From Chrysochromulina tobinii (taxonomy: Eukaryota), in contig JWZX01003001.1 of NCBI GenBank assembly GCA_001275005.1, positions 1 to 64,000 on the forward strand: 64,000 nucleotides of DNA. The letters run 5' to 3'. Every line of letters begins with the position of its first letter. Within the stretch, counting starts at the first letter, position 1. The notes under the pieces were generated by a model. The model did no database searches and was not told the DNA's origin. It was given only the letters and a program-made list of their open reading frames with translations. The position numbers and the translations under genes are program-made. Below are positions 20,563 to 31,279 of the stretch, piece after piece.

Positions 20563-22035
20563 ATGCCAATAAGGGACCTCACACCGACGACACCGGGCAT
20601 CGCGCGCCGAGGCTTCTGCGCATACAGGGACGAGAAAGTGCCCAACGACTGCGCCGCCGGCCAGAGCGGCGGCTGGTCGCTCAACGCGAGCGCCAGCGCC
20701 TCTCTGGATTCCGCCGAGGTCGCGTGCATGCAGCTGTGCGGCACCTGCTCGAGATGCCGCTTCGCCTCCTTCTCGGCCAGGCACAAGGACTGCTCGTGGT
20801 TCGCAGGCTGTGCGGCGTGGCCGGATAAGCTGCTCGACTCCGTCCCCGGCTTCGCGACCGTGCGCCGTCGCATCCCAGGCTTCGCGACCGCGGCAAGCAC
20901 TCGCAGGGCCGGACTTGGCGATGACGGCCGTTTGCGCACTCTCGTGGTGCTCGTGGGCTCGTTACGAGGCGGAGAGCCGGCGTGGCAGTCGCTCGCACGC
21001 AACATGCTTGAACCGAATCGCGCGGACCTGGCCTTGTCGCTGGGCTATTTCGCGTCCCGAGGGCAGCCAGCCCCTGCTAGCAGCAGCCTGCTCCAGCGAG
21101 CCAAGTTTGTTTGGTGGACTGAGGAAGTTGAGGACTGGGGAGTGTACTTCGACGCTCTGGGCAACTCGACGGCGTGGCGCCAAGTCGTGGCGGACGTGCG
21201 CCGCGCCAACGGCGGCTCCATCGGCTTCGCCGGTCACTGCGGCCTCGGCGGGTCGCATGTTGACGGTGTGCGCGTCCCCGGCACGGCGGGGATCAACTTT
21301 GCTCTCCGGTGGCGTGCAGCGGCCCGTTTCGAGGCGCTTGGGCTGGCGGAGCAGTACGATCGGCTGGTTGTGACACGCACCGACCATTACTATGCATGCC
21401 GCCTCGACCTCGATTTGATCGAGGCGGACGCCGCGGCTCCACAGCTGGGCAGAGGACGCTACCTGGAAGGCACAGAGCCCAACACGACGCTGCACGAGCG
21501 GCTCCCCCAACAGGGACGCTACCTGGAGGAAAAGGACACATCCTCAGATCGGGAGACTTTGTCGCCCTCGACGGATGAGGAGGCCAACGCTGCCTTGCGG
21601 CGCGTGTACGTGCCCGAAGGGGAGGATTGGTACGGGATCAACGATCGCTTCATTATGTGCCGCGGCGCCCTGATGCTGAGCGCGTGCCTTGCGATGATTG
21701 AGCCGATCATCACGCACACCGCCGAGCACAAGGCCGCTCTCTCGTACAGTGGCGAGGGGTACAATAGGTACCTGCTCAGCCACTTCCACGCCGAGTTGCA
21801 CCGATTCCCCAGGAACCATTTCCTTATCGGCCAGCCGCTCGGAGCGCGCGTGGCTGGGGATAGCAATAGCCCTCTCGCAGAGGTGACCTCCGCCTTCTCT
21901 CACGCGCCATCGGAGACGCCCGACGAGGTGTTCGGACTGCATGTCAAGTATGCGGCCGAGTACCGCTTGACGCTGCGCACCTGCTTCCACAATCGCGACG
22001 TGTCAGCGTTCTCGGTGCGCCGCGTTCGTCAATGA
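20563..22035 (+). CDS. Hypothetical protein: Cys-rich N-terminal module plus putative glycosyltransferase-like domain
   Basis: 490-aa ORF. Cys-rich GFCAY...DC...CMQLCGTCSRCRFASFS...DCSWFAGC module, then VLVGSLRG, YDRLVVTRTD and VYVPEGEDWYGINDRF, reminiscent of uncharacterised GT-A-like proteins. Confidence 0.65.
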   Translation: MPIRDLTPTTPGIARRGFCAYRDEKVPNDCAAGQSGGWSLNASASASLDSAEVACMQLCGTCSRCRFASFSARHKDCSWFAGCAAWPDKLLDSVPGFATVRRRIPGFATAASTRRAGLGDDGRLRTLVVLVGSLRGGEPAWQSLARNMLEPNRADLALSLGYFASRGQPAPASSSLLQRAKFVWWTEEVEDWGVYFDALGNSTAWRQVVADVRRANGGSIGFAGHCGLGGSHVDGVRVPGTAGINFALRWRAAARFEALGLAEQYDRLVVTRTDHYYACRLDLDLIEADAAAPQLGRGRYLEGTEPNTTLHERLPQQGRYLEEKDTSSDRETLSPSTDEEANAALRRVYVPEGEDWYGINDRFIMCRGALMLSACLAMIEPIITHTAEHKAALSYSGEGYNRYLLSHFHAELHRFPRNHFLIGQPLGARVAGDSNSPLAEVTSAFSHAPSETPDEVFGLHVKYAAEYRLTLRTCFHNRDVSAFSVRRVRQ

Positions 22036-22480
22036 CGTGCCGAGTCGGTAATCACAACCCGCAACCCGCTCGACAGTCGACAGTTTACGGATTCCGAGTG
22101 GTTCTAAGATCAGGTCTAGCACCTGCCATATCGCCGAGAACATGCCGGGTGAATACTGCGCAGGGTCGAGGGTGCCATGGCGGGAGGCCCCGCGACGAAA
22201 ATATGAGCCATCACACTTGCATTTATAATATGAAAAAAGCTACCGATGATGATGACGCCACATCTGCCTCGAACGATTGCTCGGGTTCGGGCCAATTGGT
22301 TCGGCTTCGGGCAGCTTTTACTCGAGCTTACAGCTTTGAGCGACTCGCGAGGTGAGGCGTGAGCCTGGGTCGAGCCAAGCAGCATCGTTCTACTATCTAC
22401 ACACGAGACGCTCAGCACGACGGACATCGCAGTTGTGGAGTGGACGCTACCGGTAAGTACCGGTACTGAATGATGCGTGA

Positions 22481-23461
22481 ATGCCCATGACGGCGCGACG
22501 CACGATGGTGTGGAGGGACGATCTTGACGCAGCCATGGAGTCCGCGTACACAGGCATGTCGGCACATCTGGTCGGTGCTCGGTTGCTAACTTCGCCGTCG
22601 CTTCTACGATCCTGTTTGCCGGGTGCCGCGCTTTCACTGGCAACCGCCATCAGCGTCGCCGCCTTTTTGTGGCTGCCGTGCTTGCTGCTCCGGCCATGGC
22701 TCTGGCTGGCGGGCTCATGTGTCATCACGTTTGATAAGGTACTGAGAGCTACTTCATTCGTCCTTCTCAACTTTGCAAGTTCTGTACTGCCGAAGTTTAG
22801 CGGACGCGCCTTTTTTGCAGCTCTCCGAGCTGTGTCTCCGGAGAGCGCTGCCATCCTCGAGCGGAAGCCTGTTGTGAACGGCCTCGCCGCCCAGCTACGT
22901 GCTCTGGTTGTCACGGGTCTCACACAGGTTGGGGTACTAGCTGCGCTGGTGGGGACTGCTCCAATATGGGCACCCATGCTCGTTGCCCTTGCGATGGTCG
23001 CACTCACGCCCATTCGCATCGCGCTTGCCGTTGGCAGCCTTGCACTCGGAAGCAGCCTGCTGAGCAGCCTGGCCCTGCCGTGGAATCTATTCTTGAAATT
23101 GCGGAAGATCTCGCGAATGCTTGCCGCCGTGGTCGCGCTTGGCGCTCTGAGTGGAATCTTGCCGCCTCGAGTCTTCCAATTCGCGTCGGAGCTCGGCACA
23201 GTGTACTTGCTATCCCAGCTTCTCACCAAGCAGCTGCTTTCGCCCTACAGCAGCCGCCAGACGCGCGCCGAGTGGTCCGCCCTTTGCAAGAGGCATCACT
23301 ACGAGCTCGCTGCTTTCGGCGCGCCCCTCGTCGGCTTGTTTTGGTACCTGCACCCCCTCGTTTCGTTGGGGATGCTTGAGTGCACACAACTAGGCGCGGC
23401 AGCACTCGTCCACGCGCTGGAAGAGAGGGCAATTACTCTCCGACAGAGGCGACCCTTATGA
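22481..23461 (+). CDS. Hypothetical multi-pass membrane protein
   Basis: 326-aa ORF with several long hydrophobic stretches, followed by AT-richer 3' sequence. Confidence 0.6.
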   Translation: MPMTARRTMVWRDDLDAAMESAYTGMSAHLVGARLLTSPSLLRSCLPGAALSLATAISVAAFLWLPCLLLRPWLWLAGSCVITFDKVLRATSFVLLNFASSVLPKFSGRAFFAALRAVSPESAAILERKPVVNGLAAQLRALVVTGLTQVGVLAALVGTAPIWAPMLVALAMVALTPIRIALAVGSLALGSSLLSSLALPWNLFLKLRKISRMLAAVVALGALSGILPPRVFQFASELGTVYLLSQLLTKQLLSPYSSRQTRAEWSALCKRHHYELAAFGAPLVGLFWYLHPLVSLGMLECTQLGAAALVHALEERAITLRQRRPL

Positions 23462-24091
23462 ATTTGACAATGTACTGTGCAGCTTTCATCTCAAAATCGT
23501 GCAGTGGCGTTGTACCACTCATCAAAAAGTGCTTGGCGCCAATCTTGGCGCGCACATACACGCTCCCGCGGGAGACGGGAGAGCGGAGAGGACGCAGAGC
23601 CACGCGCCGGCGTCCCGTTTAGCGTCCCGGCGATCCCGCTCCCCGCGCCGGGACGGCCACCGAGCGGAGGGCGGACCGTCGGTGCGAGGCTCGTCGCCGC
23701 ACCTTGCCTCACCGCCCGGCCCCGCCGTCTCGGTCGCGGCGTACGGTCGGGTAAAAACGACGCGCGAGCAGAACGTGGGATTCACGATGCGGATTCCGCG
23801 TCGCGTCGTGTAAGTGTGTAGTGGTTCAGGTACACGTCTCGATCTCCGTAGGGTAGAGTGTATGGTATTCAACACAAAACGTACGTCTGGGATATTCAAA
23901 ACAGTTACAAAACACACCTCCCATAACACCTCCCACAAGGAACTACAAACTACACGAAACAGACCGAGACGATCACATGAGCGCCCCGAGGACCGAGACA
24001 GAGAGCACTGAGCAGCACGATGCGAACGCCGTATCCACCGCCCGCACCGCCTCCCTCACCGCCTCCCTCACCGCCTCCCTCACCGCTTCCC

Positions 24092-25966
24092 TCACCGCCT
24101 CCATTGTGAGGCGGCACCAACGGCCTCTCCGATCGTCACACCCGTGGGGCTGAGGACCCATTTACCGTTGACCCACTTGCCAATCTCCATCGTCTTCTCG
24201 TCCCCGGGGCGCACGGCCGGCGCAGGCGGCACAGCTGGCGCTTCGTCGAGGAATCGGCGCACCACCTTCGCGTGCTCGTACCCGAACGTGACGCAGTCTG
24301 GGAAGGCGACGCCCGAGCGGTAGTTGCCGCATACCCACAGCCCAGGCTGGAGTGCTTCGGCCGCCTCGAGCTGCTCCATCAAAGCTTGGTGCCCCAGCTC
24401 GTACTGCGGGATCGCCGTCGGCCACAGCTTGACCCCGAGCACCTTCGGCGGCGGTGCATCCGCCTCCAGCAGCACCTGCCGGCAGCCTTTGTCCACCTCA
24501 GCGACGATCTCTTTCTCGCTCAGAGACGCGATGTCGACGTCGCGCGAGCCGCCAATGTAATTAAGCAGCAGATGGTAATCGGGCGGGCAGCGCCCCGGAA
24601 AGAGCGACGAGCTCCACAGCGTGCCCAGCGTGCGCACGCCCTCGGTGCGCGGGTTGAGAGAGCCAAAGCCGGGGAGGTCGCGCAGGCTACCGAAGCCGTT
24701 GGCGAGCTGGACGTCCTTGAAAGCTTTCTTCGGGTACGCGACGGTGACGGCGGCCACGGGCGGATGGTAGATACCGCGCCGGCCAATGTCCGCGCGAAGC
24801 TTGTCAAAGATCTCGCGCGCCTCGGGCATCACCGGAGCCAGCACGTCCTTGAGTGCATGCGCGGGAGCGGTGGAGACTACAGTGCGTGCCACCACTGTCT
24901 GCGGTCCGTCGGGCGAGTCAAAGGTGGCGACATACTGGCCGTCAGCCCGCCGCTCGAGCTTCGTGATCGCCCAGCGCAGCCGCACCTTCGAGTCGGGCGA
25001 GGGCGTCCCGCCCACCGGAGCACCGAGCTCCGCTGCGATCGCATTCGGCAGCGTGGCCAGCCCCTTGCGGAAAGAGCCTGGGTTCCCATAGTCAAACTTG
25101 GGCCACGCGGGATCGGGCGGGTCGGCCTTCCGCTCCTTGGTGAGCTCGATTTGGCGCTTCAGCCCGCCGTAGAAGATCGCGCCCCACTTGTTCCACTCGA
25201 TGTCGTACGCGTACCGTTCGATGCGCGCGATCTTGCCGAGGGCCGACCGCATAGAAAGAGTCTCCGGGTCGCCTGCGTACACACCGGAGACGAAGGGGTC
25301 CACGCAACGCAGGAAGACTTCCTCGCCGAGGATGCGCGACACCCACTCGCGGATGTTCTCGTCCTTCCCCTCGGGCGCCGGCGGGTGCCCGATGAAGGCG
25401 CCGATAGCCGCGCGGATCTTACCCGGCCATGAGAGTAGCTCACCGGCGAGGCCAAACTTGAGCACACCATTCGAGCCAAAGACGAGCTCGAGCTGCCCCT
25501 TGGGCCCCTTGCCGCCCTTGCCCTTGGGAAGCGGGTGCAGCTTGCCGTTGTGGTTCACCCACGGCGGCAGCGTTTCATCGGCGAACACGAGCTGGTCGCT
25601 GATGCCGAGCTCGTACGCAATCCGCACGATGCTCGGCTGCGTTGCGAACGAGTTGGGGCCCTCTTCCCAGATGAAGCCATCCTCATCGTGCGATTTGACG
25701 TTGCCGCCAACGTAGTCGCGCGCCTCGGTGAGCAGCACATTCACGCCTGCGCGGTGTAGGTTGTGCGCGAGCGTGCTGCCGGAGATGCCCGCACCAACCA
25801 CGAGGCAATCGACACCCTCGATCGTGGCGCCCATGCGCAAGCCCGTGCCACCACGCGACTCAGAGGCCGCGCGAGCTGGCGACGCGGCACTCCCAACGCG
25901 CAGGCCGACGACGCTGCCCATGAGCGTCGCGAGCAACGCACCCAGCATGGGTCCAGACGTCTTCAT
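24092..25966 (-). CDS. PPOX: Protoporphyrinogen oxidase (HemY type) with probable bipartite plastid-targeting leader
   Basis: VVGAGISG FAD motif, WEEGPNSF, GVYAGDP, LGTLWSSSLFPGR, WPTAIPQY. The leader is a hydrophobic signal followed by a Ser/Ala/Arg-rich segment. Confidence 0.95.
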   Translation of the reverse strand: MKTSGPMLGALLATLMGSVVGLRVGSAASPARAASESRGGTGLRMGATIEGVDCLVVGAGISGSTLAHNLHRAGVNVLLTEARDYVGGNVKSHDEDGFIWEEGPNSFATQPSIVRIAYELGISDQLVFADETLPPWVNHNGKLHPLPKGKGGKGPKGQLELVFGSNGVLKFGLAGELLSWPGKIRAAIGAFIGHPPAPEGKDENIREWVSRILGEEVFLRCVDPFVSGVYAGDPETLSMRSALGKIARIERYAYDIEWNKWGAIFYGGLKRQIELTKERKADPPDPAWPKFDYGNPGSFRKGLATLPNAIAAELGAPVGGTPSPDSKVRLRWAITKLERRADGQYVATFDSPDGPQTVVARTVVSTAPAHALKDVLAPVMPEAREIFDKLRADIGRRGIYHPPVAAVTVAYPKKAFKDVQLANGFGSLRDLPGFGSLNPRTEGVRTLGTLWSSSLFPGRCPPDYHLLLNYIGGSRDVDIASLSEKEIVAEVDKGCRQVLLEADAPPPKVLGVKLWPTAIPQYELGHQALMEQLEAAEALQPGLWVCGNYRSGVAFPDCVTFGYEHAKVVRRFLDEAPAVPPAPAVRPGDEKTMEIGKWVNGKWVLSPTGVTIGEAVGAASQWRR

Positions 25967-26494
25967 TATTGCTCTTGTGCTCGCGCGCGGCGATCCCAAT
26001 GTGAGCTCGACGACGTTGATCACCAGGACGCGTTTCGTTAGGCTGCGCATCGTAACTTCACAAGCTTTCCTCTTTTGAGTACTGTACTACATGCGGGGTG
26101 CGCAAAAGCCCAATCAGACCAACCCCCCACCAAGCAGACACAGAGCTCATGCAGCCAACACTAGAACATACGACATGCTGTCACAGACACAGTGCAACCG
26201 AGTGCAACCAAACCTCAGCAATCAGCGCTACCGGGTACCGGAACCGCGGGCACGCGCCGGTACCGGTAACGCACCGGAAATCCCCTCGGTCGGCTTGGGT
26301 AATACCCAATACGTTTTCGATAAGTCACGTGCACCGCACAGATGTGGCACAGTGCACGTCTTCGGAAAATGGCCGGCCGTGTGCCTTCGGAGCGGGCGTG
26401 AAGGGGGGGGGAGTGGCCTTCACACCAGCCGTGTGCCTTCGGAGCGGGCATGCAGGGGGGGGAGTGGCCTTCACAGCGCTCCGAAACGTGTGCT

Positions 26495-28582
26495 TCAGAG
26501 CAGCATGAACATCAGAAAGAAGGCCGCTGAGCGAAGTCGGCCGCGGACGTCATAGGTGGCCAGCAAACTTTCGAAGAGGCAACCAGCGAGGGCGACGATC
26601 AGGAAGGAGCCCAAGGACGAATTTATAGCGTTCAGATCGAAGCTCATCATAAAGTGCGTCACAAGAAGCACGAGCGCGCCCGCCATCATTCCAGAGAGGA
26701 TGAGCCGTCGCTTGAGCACGGTGCCAAACAGCTCCTTGGAACCACTCAGCCGGCGCGGCCGCTCGCGCGCCTGCTCGTCGCGTAGCCGGCGCACGAGACG
26801 CACACAGCGGAGCGACCATTGGCAGCAGGCGAGCACGGGCAGCAGCAGGAGCACAACCTTGAGGAGCAGTGCGACGGGCGGGAGGAGCCATGGCCACTCA
26901 AGCCAGCCGAGCTTCGAACGCACGATGCCACCGGCGCAACTGCCCACGCCGTTGCCGGCACGCACGGCTATCTCGTCGACGCCGACCAATTCGATCTGCG
27001 CGTGCCGGCGTACTATCTGCGCGACCGAGCCGGCGAGCGTGGCGGGCATCCAATCAAACGCAAGAAGCCGCAGAGAGACGCCCGCCGCGAACGAGGCGCA
27101 CATGGACGGCTCGTTCCCAGCTCCGGCAGTCGAGCTGAAGGTAGCTCCGAGCAGCATCAAATTGGTGACGGTGAGCACATCGCGCATGGGGGACCACTGC
27201 CACTGCAGCTGAAGCATCTCATTCTCTTGCATCTCCGTCAGCTGTGACTTGCCCGCGCAAAGGATGGTGTGCAGCAGGCCGGTGAGCATCACCAGCACAT
27301 GGTGCAGCTCCGGGCGCATCGACGGCAGCTTATGCAGCACCTGCGCGGTAACCATGGAAGACCAGAGCCCGTTGAAGACCTGGCTTGTCGCCACCAGCAT
27401 CACAAGAGGGATCACGTGCTTGGAGGTCGAGAGCAGCAGATCGAATTGCAGCGCGGCGGCAGCCGCCGCACGCGCGTGTGGCAGCGGCTTGCGCTTGAGC
27501 ACATCTGTCAGGGCAATTGCACGAATGCCGCCGCTGCCGCCGACACCGCCGCCATCCTCGCCGCTCGCAACCACCGGTGGCGCATTCTCTCGCGTTGTAG
27601 AAGGGACCTCTGGCTGCCCAAGGCGGCCGCGCTGACGGAGGCCGTCCGGGCTGGCGCTTGCAGCGGTAGCGCAAATTTTGGCGTCGGCAGCGGCGGCAAC
27701 GGTCGGCTTTGCATCCGCATCTGCCGCCTCGATCTGCACGGCATCCGCGTCGGCATCCGTGTCCGCGGCGTCCACGCCTGTGAGCGCAGGCAGGAGCTCG
27801 AGGCGCACAAACGTGAGCCAGCGGAGCGGCGGCGTGACGACGAAGCGACCCAGCGTGGGCAGTGGGCAAATGACGATCGTGATGATCGCCGAGACGATCG
27901 TGGTCAGCGGTCCTGTGTGCAAGAGCCATGATAACAGCTGGCGCAGCGCCTGCAACGCAGTCAAGCTCAGGAGCGCAATGGAGATGCTCATGCTGACATC
28001 ATACTGGAGCGTGACAAAGTCATACACGTGCTCGAAGAGCGACTGCAGGATGGCGAGGGGACCTGTCTCGACTAATGAACCGAAGAGGTACTGCAGACCC
28101 ATCCAGATGGCGGCGTCGAGGTGCGTCGAGCAGGCAGTATCGGCAGGTGCAGCAAGCCCCTGCGCGAGCGCAGCCTCCTCCGCGGCGGCAGCTTCGCGCA
28201 TGATCTGCAGCAGCTGCTCCCGCGCGCCAGACGCGCGCTTGAAGAGCATCTCTCCGCTGTGGATGTCAGCCGCTGAGTGGCCGATGAGCTTATCTGGGTG
28301 CGTGCACACAGAGAGCTGGCGGTACGCGCGCGATATCCCGGACTTGCTCACGGGCGACCACGTTCCGAGCACACCGCAAGGGTGTTCGAGTGTGAGGCCC
28401 AGCTTGAGCAGCGCGTAAACTGAGATGATGAGGCCGACCCACCACGGGAGCAGGCCACCCTCAGGCAGCAGCCGCTCCTTGAGCGTGAGCTGCTGCGTAC
28501 CCGCTGCAGAGGATGGCGTGGCTTCGGAGTCAGCCGCTGGAACGGCCTTCTGAGCGCTCTTGCGCTCCTTCTTGATGGGCAT
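26495..28582 (-). CDS. DnaJ (J-domain) multi-pass membrane protein
   Basis: N-terminal TM segment, then ISRAYRQLSVCTHPDK (HPD motif), then many hydrophobic helices. Start taken at MPIKKE. Confidence 0.8.
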   Translation of the reverse strand: MPIKKERKSAQKAVPAADSEATPSSAAGTQQLTLKERLLPEGGLLPWWVGLIISVYALLKLGLTLEHPCGVLGTWSPVSKSGISRAYRQLSVCTHPDKLIGHSAADIHSGEMLFKRASGAREQLLQIMREAAAAEEAALAQGLAAPADTACSTHLDAAIWMGLQYLFGSLVETGPLAILQSLFEHVYDFVTLQYDVSMSISIALLSLTALQALRQLLSWLLHTGPLTTIVSAIITIVICPLPTLGRFVVTPPLRWLTFVRLELLPALTGVDAADTDADADAVQIEAADADAKPTVAAAADAKICATAASASPDGLRQRGRLGQPEVPSTTRENAPPVVASGEDGGGVGGSGGIRAIALTDVLKRKPLPHARAAAAAALQFDLLLSTSKHVIPLVMLVATSQVFNGLWSSMVTAQVLHKLPSMRPELHHVLVMLTGLLHTILCAGKSQLTEMQENEMLQLQWQWSPMRDVLTVTNLMLLGATFSSTAGAGNEPSMCASFAAGVSLRLLAFDWMPATLAGSVAQIVRRHAQIELVGVDEIAVRAGNGVGSCAGGIVRSKLGWLEWPWLLPPVALLLKVVLLLLPVLACCQWSLRCVRLVRRLRDEQARERPRRLSGSKELFGTVLKRRLILSGMMAGALVLLVTHFMMSFDLNAINSSLGSFLIVALAGCLFESLLATYDVRGRLRSAAFFLMFMLL

Positions 28583-28636
28583 GAGGACTCCGCGGAGATC
28601 GTGCCCCAGCTCGCTGCGTGAGCCGCGACCCCCGGT

Positions 28637-30005
28637 GTGAACGTCAATAAGGCGCGCAGCAAGTCCCCCCCGGCGAGACCTAAGCCAACTACCGCCACAC
28701 CTCCGCACCTACCCATCGTCAAACCGTCCTCGCTACCGCCACGAACCTCCACAACAGGAGGCAGCCACGCCTCGAGCATCAACTCCAGCCGCCGCTGCCG
28801 CCCGGTGGGCTCTCTTGACGCGCCGCGAGGCGACGAATCGGAGGAAGATGAGACGCAGGACGATGAGCCCGCGGTCAAGATCACCGCCAAGGAAACTACC
28901 CCGCGTGAAAACTACAACGTGGATGTTTTCAAGGACGTGGACCTCGACCGCCTCAAGGCCGCCTCTCTTTTCCACCAGGAACCCCCGAAGTCGACGGAGG
29001 CGGCCGGAGCGGTCATGCAACCGATGGTTTTTGCGTGGAAGGCGCTCTCGCGGCGCCTACACAAGGCTGAAATCATCGACCAAGCCCTACCTAAGAGCCC
29101 ATTTGGGTTCAAGTGGACGACCGCGGCAACCGAGGAGGGGTTGGCGGCAATCAAGATGTACTACGTTGCGCACGCAGTCCTTCTATGCCGCCCCAGGGGT
29201 ACCGACCCGTACACGGTGGACGAGATCCTCGCTCGTGCCAAAATAGCGGCGTCTTCAGCTGAGGCCCTGCTAGGCCTTTTCGACGACCTCATGGCCGCAA
29301 CGGAAGCAACGCCCTTGCCTCAAGCCAAGGAGGGCGACCGTGCCATCGAGGTGCCACAAGCCAGCAGACACACCCGGGCGCGCCGCCTCGCGCGCAGCGG
29401 CGAGTGGCGTCGCGCGGCTCAGGCTCTCGTGCCCACCAAAATCGCCCCCGCCCACGAACCACGAGGTGCGCGTGCAGTATGCAGCGCTCAACCCAAAGGA
29501 TGGCGCCGAGGCGTTCGGCGGTAAACTCACTGCCGAGCTAACCGCCGACGTACCTGGCCAGCGCCCTTTCCAGCCGACGATGAAAACTTTCGAGGCCGTT
29601 ATGGATCACCCGCCGCGGGCGCGCGCCGCGGGGATGCTCCACGACACTTATTTCGAGGTCCTCGCGGCCGTCTACCGTCACGGGGGCAAGGACGCCATGT
29701 TCCAGTTCTTCGCGGCTTTCTGCGCGGGAATGGTCTTGGACGAGCTCGCCGATCTCATCACGGACCTAAGAGCAGTATGCTTCTGGAAGGACGCGGATTG
29801 CACCAAGATCCGCCCGATCGGTATCGGCGAAGCCCTCCGTCGAAGGATCTGCGCGTGCATCGCTCTTCAAGACCGCGCCGTATGGGACACTTTCTGTACA
29901 TCTCTCCTACCGGAGGACCAGAAGGCCCGAGACAGCTCATTGCCGAGTGTGATGAGGTCGTCGACGGCCTCAACACGGCGATCGTTGCGGGCGCCGCCTG
30001 CGGCA
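28637..30005 (+). mobile_element. Degenerate CRE-like non-LTR retrotransposon fragment (pre-RT region and start of RT), frameshifted
   Basis: RARRLARSGEWRRAAQAL and KIRPIGIGEALRRRICACI match the RPIA(V/I)GExLRR motif of CRE-type RTs. Frameshifts near 29450 and 29935. Confidence 0.75.
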
Positions 30006-30861
30006 AGCTTATCCTCGTTGGATTCGAGGTCGCAAAGACGTTTGCTCTGCTTTTGGAAATACCTGAAATCCTTATAGAGCCGGTCGCGGCTTTGGGACAG
30101 ATAGGTATCGTCAACATAAGCGGCAATCCGTAGCCCAGGGCGCTTTTTGCACACCGCGTGGCAGGCAAGGTGGTACGGGTATACGGATGCGAAGACAGAG
30201 AGCACGCAGCCCTGGTCCCAGCCCCGCCATCTCCGGACCGCCTCGTCGATAACGGCCGCCGTCTCCGGCGTGATGAGCAGGTTGTCCTCATGGGTCTCCC
30301 CTGCACCCGTGATCTCGAGGTCGCCCACATACGCGTCCCCTTTCGACCCGGCGTCGTCATAGTCCGCTGGTTCGGCGGGCGTGGCGAGATGAAGCCGGGG
30401 CATGCAGAGCTCGCCCTCTCGGCGGACGAGATAAATGCGAGCGGGCTTGCCGTACAGGAGCCTGAACGCCGGTACGTAGCCCGCAAATTCGTGGTCCTTG
30501 CGAATCTTGAGGTTCGTGAAGAGCGCTGGTCTCGACGCGGTCGGAAACATCGCCTTCTTGTCGTCCGAAATAGTATGGTCTTTCGGGTATTGCTCCACCC
30601 ACGATTGCACGTGATGAAAGGTCATTTCGGCCGAGTTCTTTGAGAACGAGTAGTTCACTGGGAACTCGGCCGGCGCCTTTGCCGCATCGAGTTCGCCCTG
30701 GGCGACGACCAGTTTTGCCTTGGCCTCGACGTTGGGGGTGCCGCAGGCGGCGCCCGCGACGATCGCCGTGTTGAGGCCGTCGACGACCTCATCACACTCG
30801 GCAATGAGCTCGTCTCGGGCCTTCTGATCCTCCGGTAGGAGAGATGTACAGAAGGTGTCCC
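30006..30861 (-). mobile_element. Second CRE-like RT fragment (RT core), convergent with the first
   Basis: DDKKAMFPTASR, RLLYGKP, GWDQGCVLS (GxxQG motif) and AAYVDDTYL (YxDD). Truncated at both ends. Confidence 0.8.
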
Positions 30862-30875
30862 GTCGGGAGTATGGC

Positions 30876-30978
30876 TGTGATAATAGGGGGTCCAGGGGTC
30901 CCCGAGCTAGTGTTAACCGCATCCGTATGTACGCCGGTCCGGTGTCTTGGGTGTCGAATTCTAAACATTGGCTGTGAA
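30876..30978. repeat. Partial copy of the dispersed LTR-like repeat at 41814-41997 (opposite orientation)
   Basis: TGTGATAATAGGGGGTCC...AAACATTGGCTGTGAA is the reverse complement of 41890-41997 apart from a 5-nt indel. Confidence 0.9.
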
Positions 30979-31279
30979 CTTTGACGAGCGGCGCCAAGGG
31001 CACTACGTCTTCGTCCACAAGCTCAACCGCGTATAGTGTGCTGCGCTATTGACGCGCTTGGTCAGTGTGATCAAAGAGGTTTCCGTTAGTCTTTCACGGG
31101 CACGCTCTGTGAAGGCACTCGAAGAGTGTTCGCTTCATACTCTTTAGTGTGAACATGCCGCACTTGTATGCCCGCGCAACGCATTTTTCCAAGCCTGCGG
31201 AATTAGAGACGCGCACAAGTTAGTTTGCGGAGTCTGAACAGGCTTCCTCTCCGTGAGTCTGGTCCCGACGTCCAGACGA

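Noticed and set aside
29884..30861. Twin-priming 5' inversion as the origin of the inverted RT structure
   Set aside because: The fragments converge rather than diverge, and the arms differ at synonymous sites.
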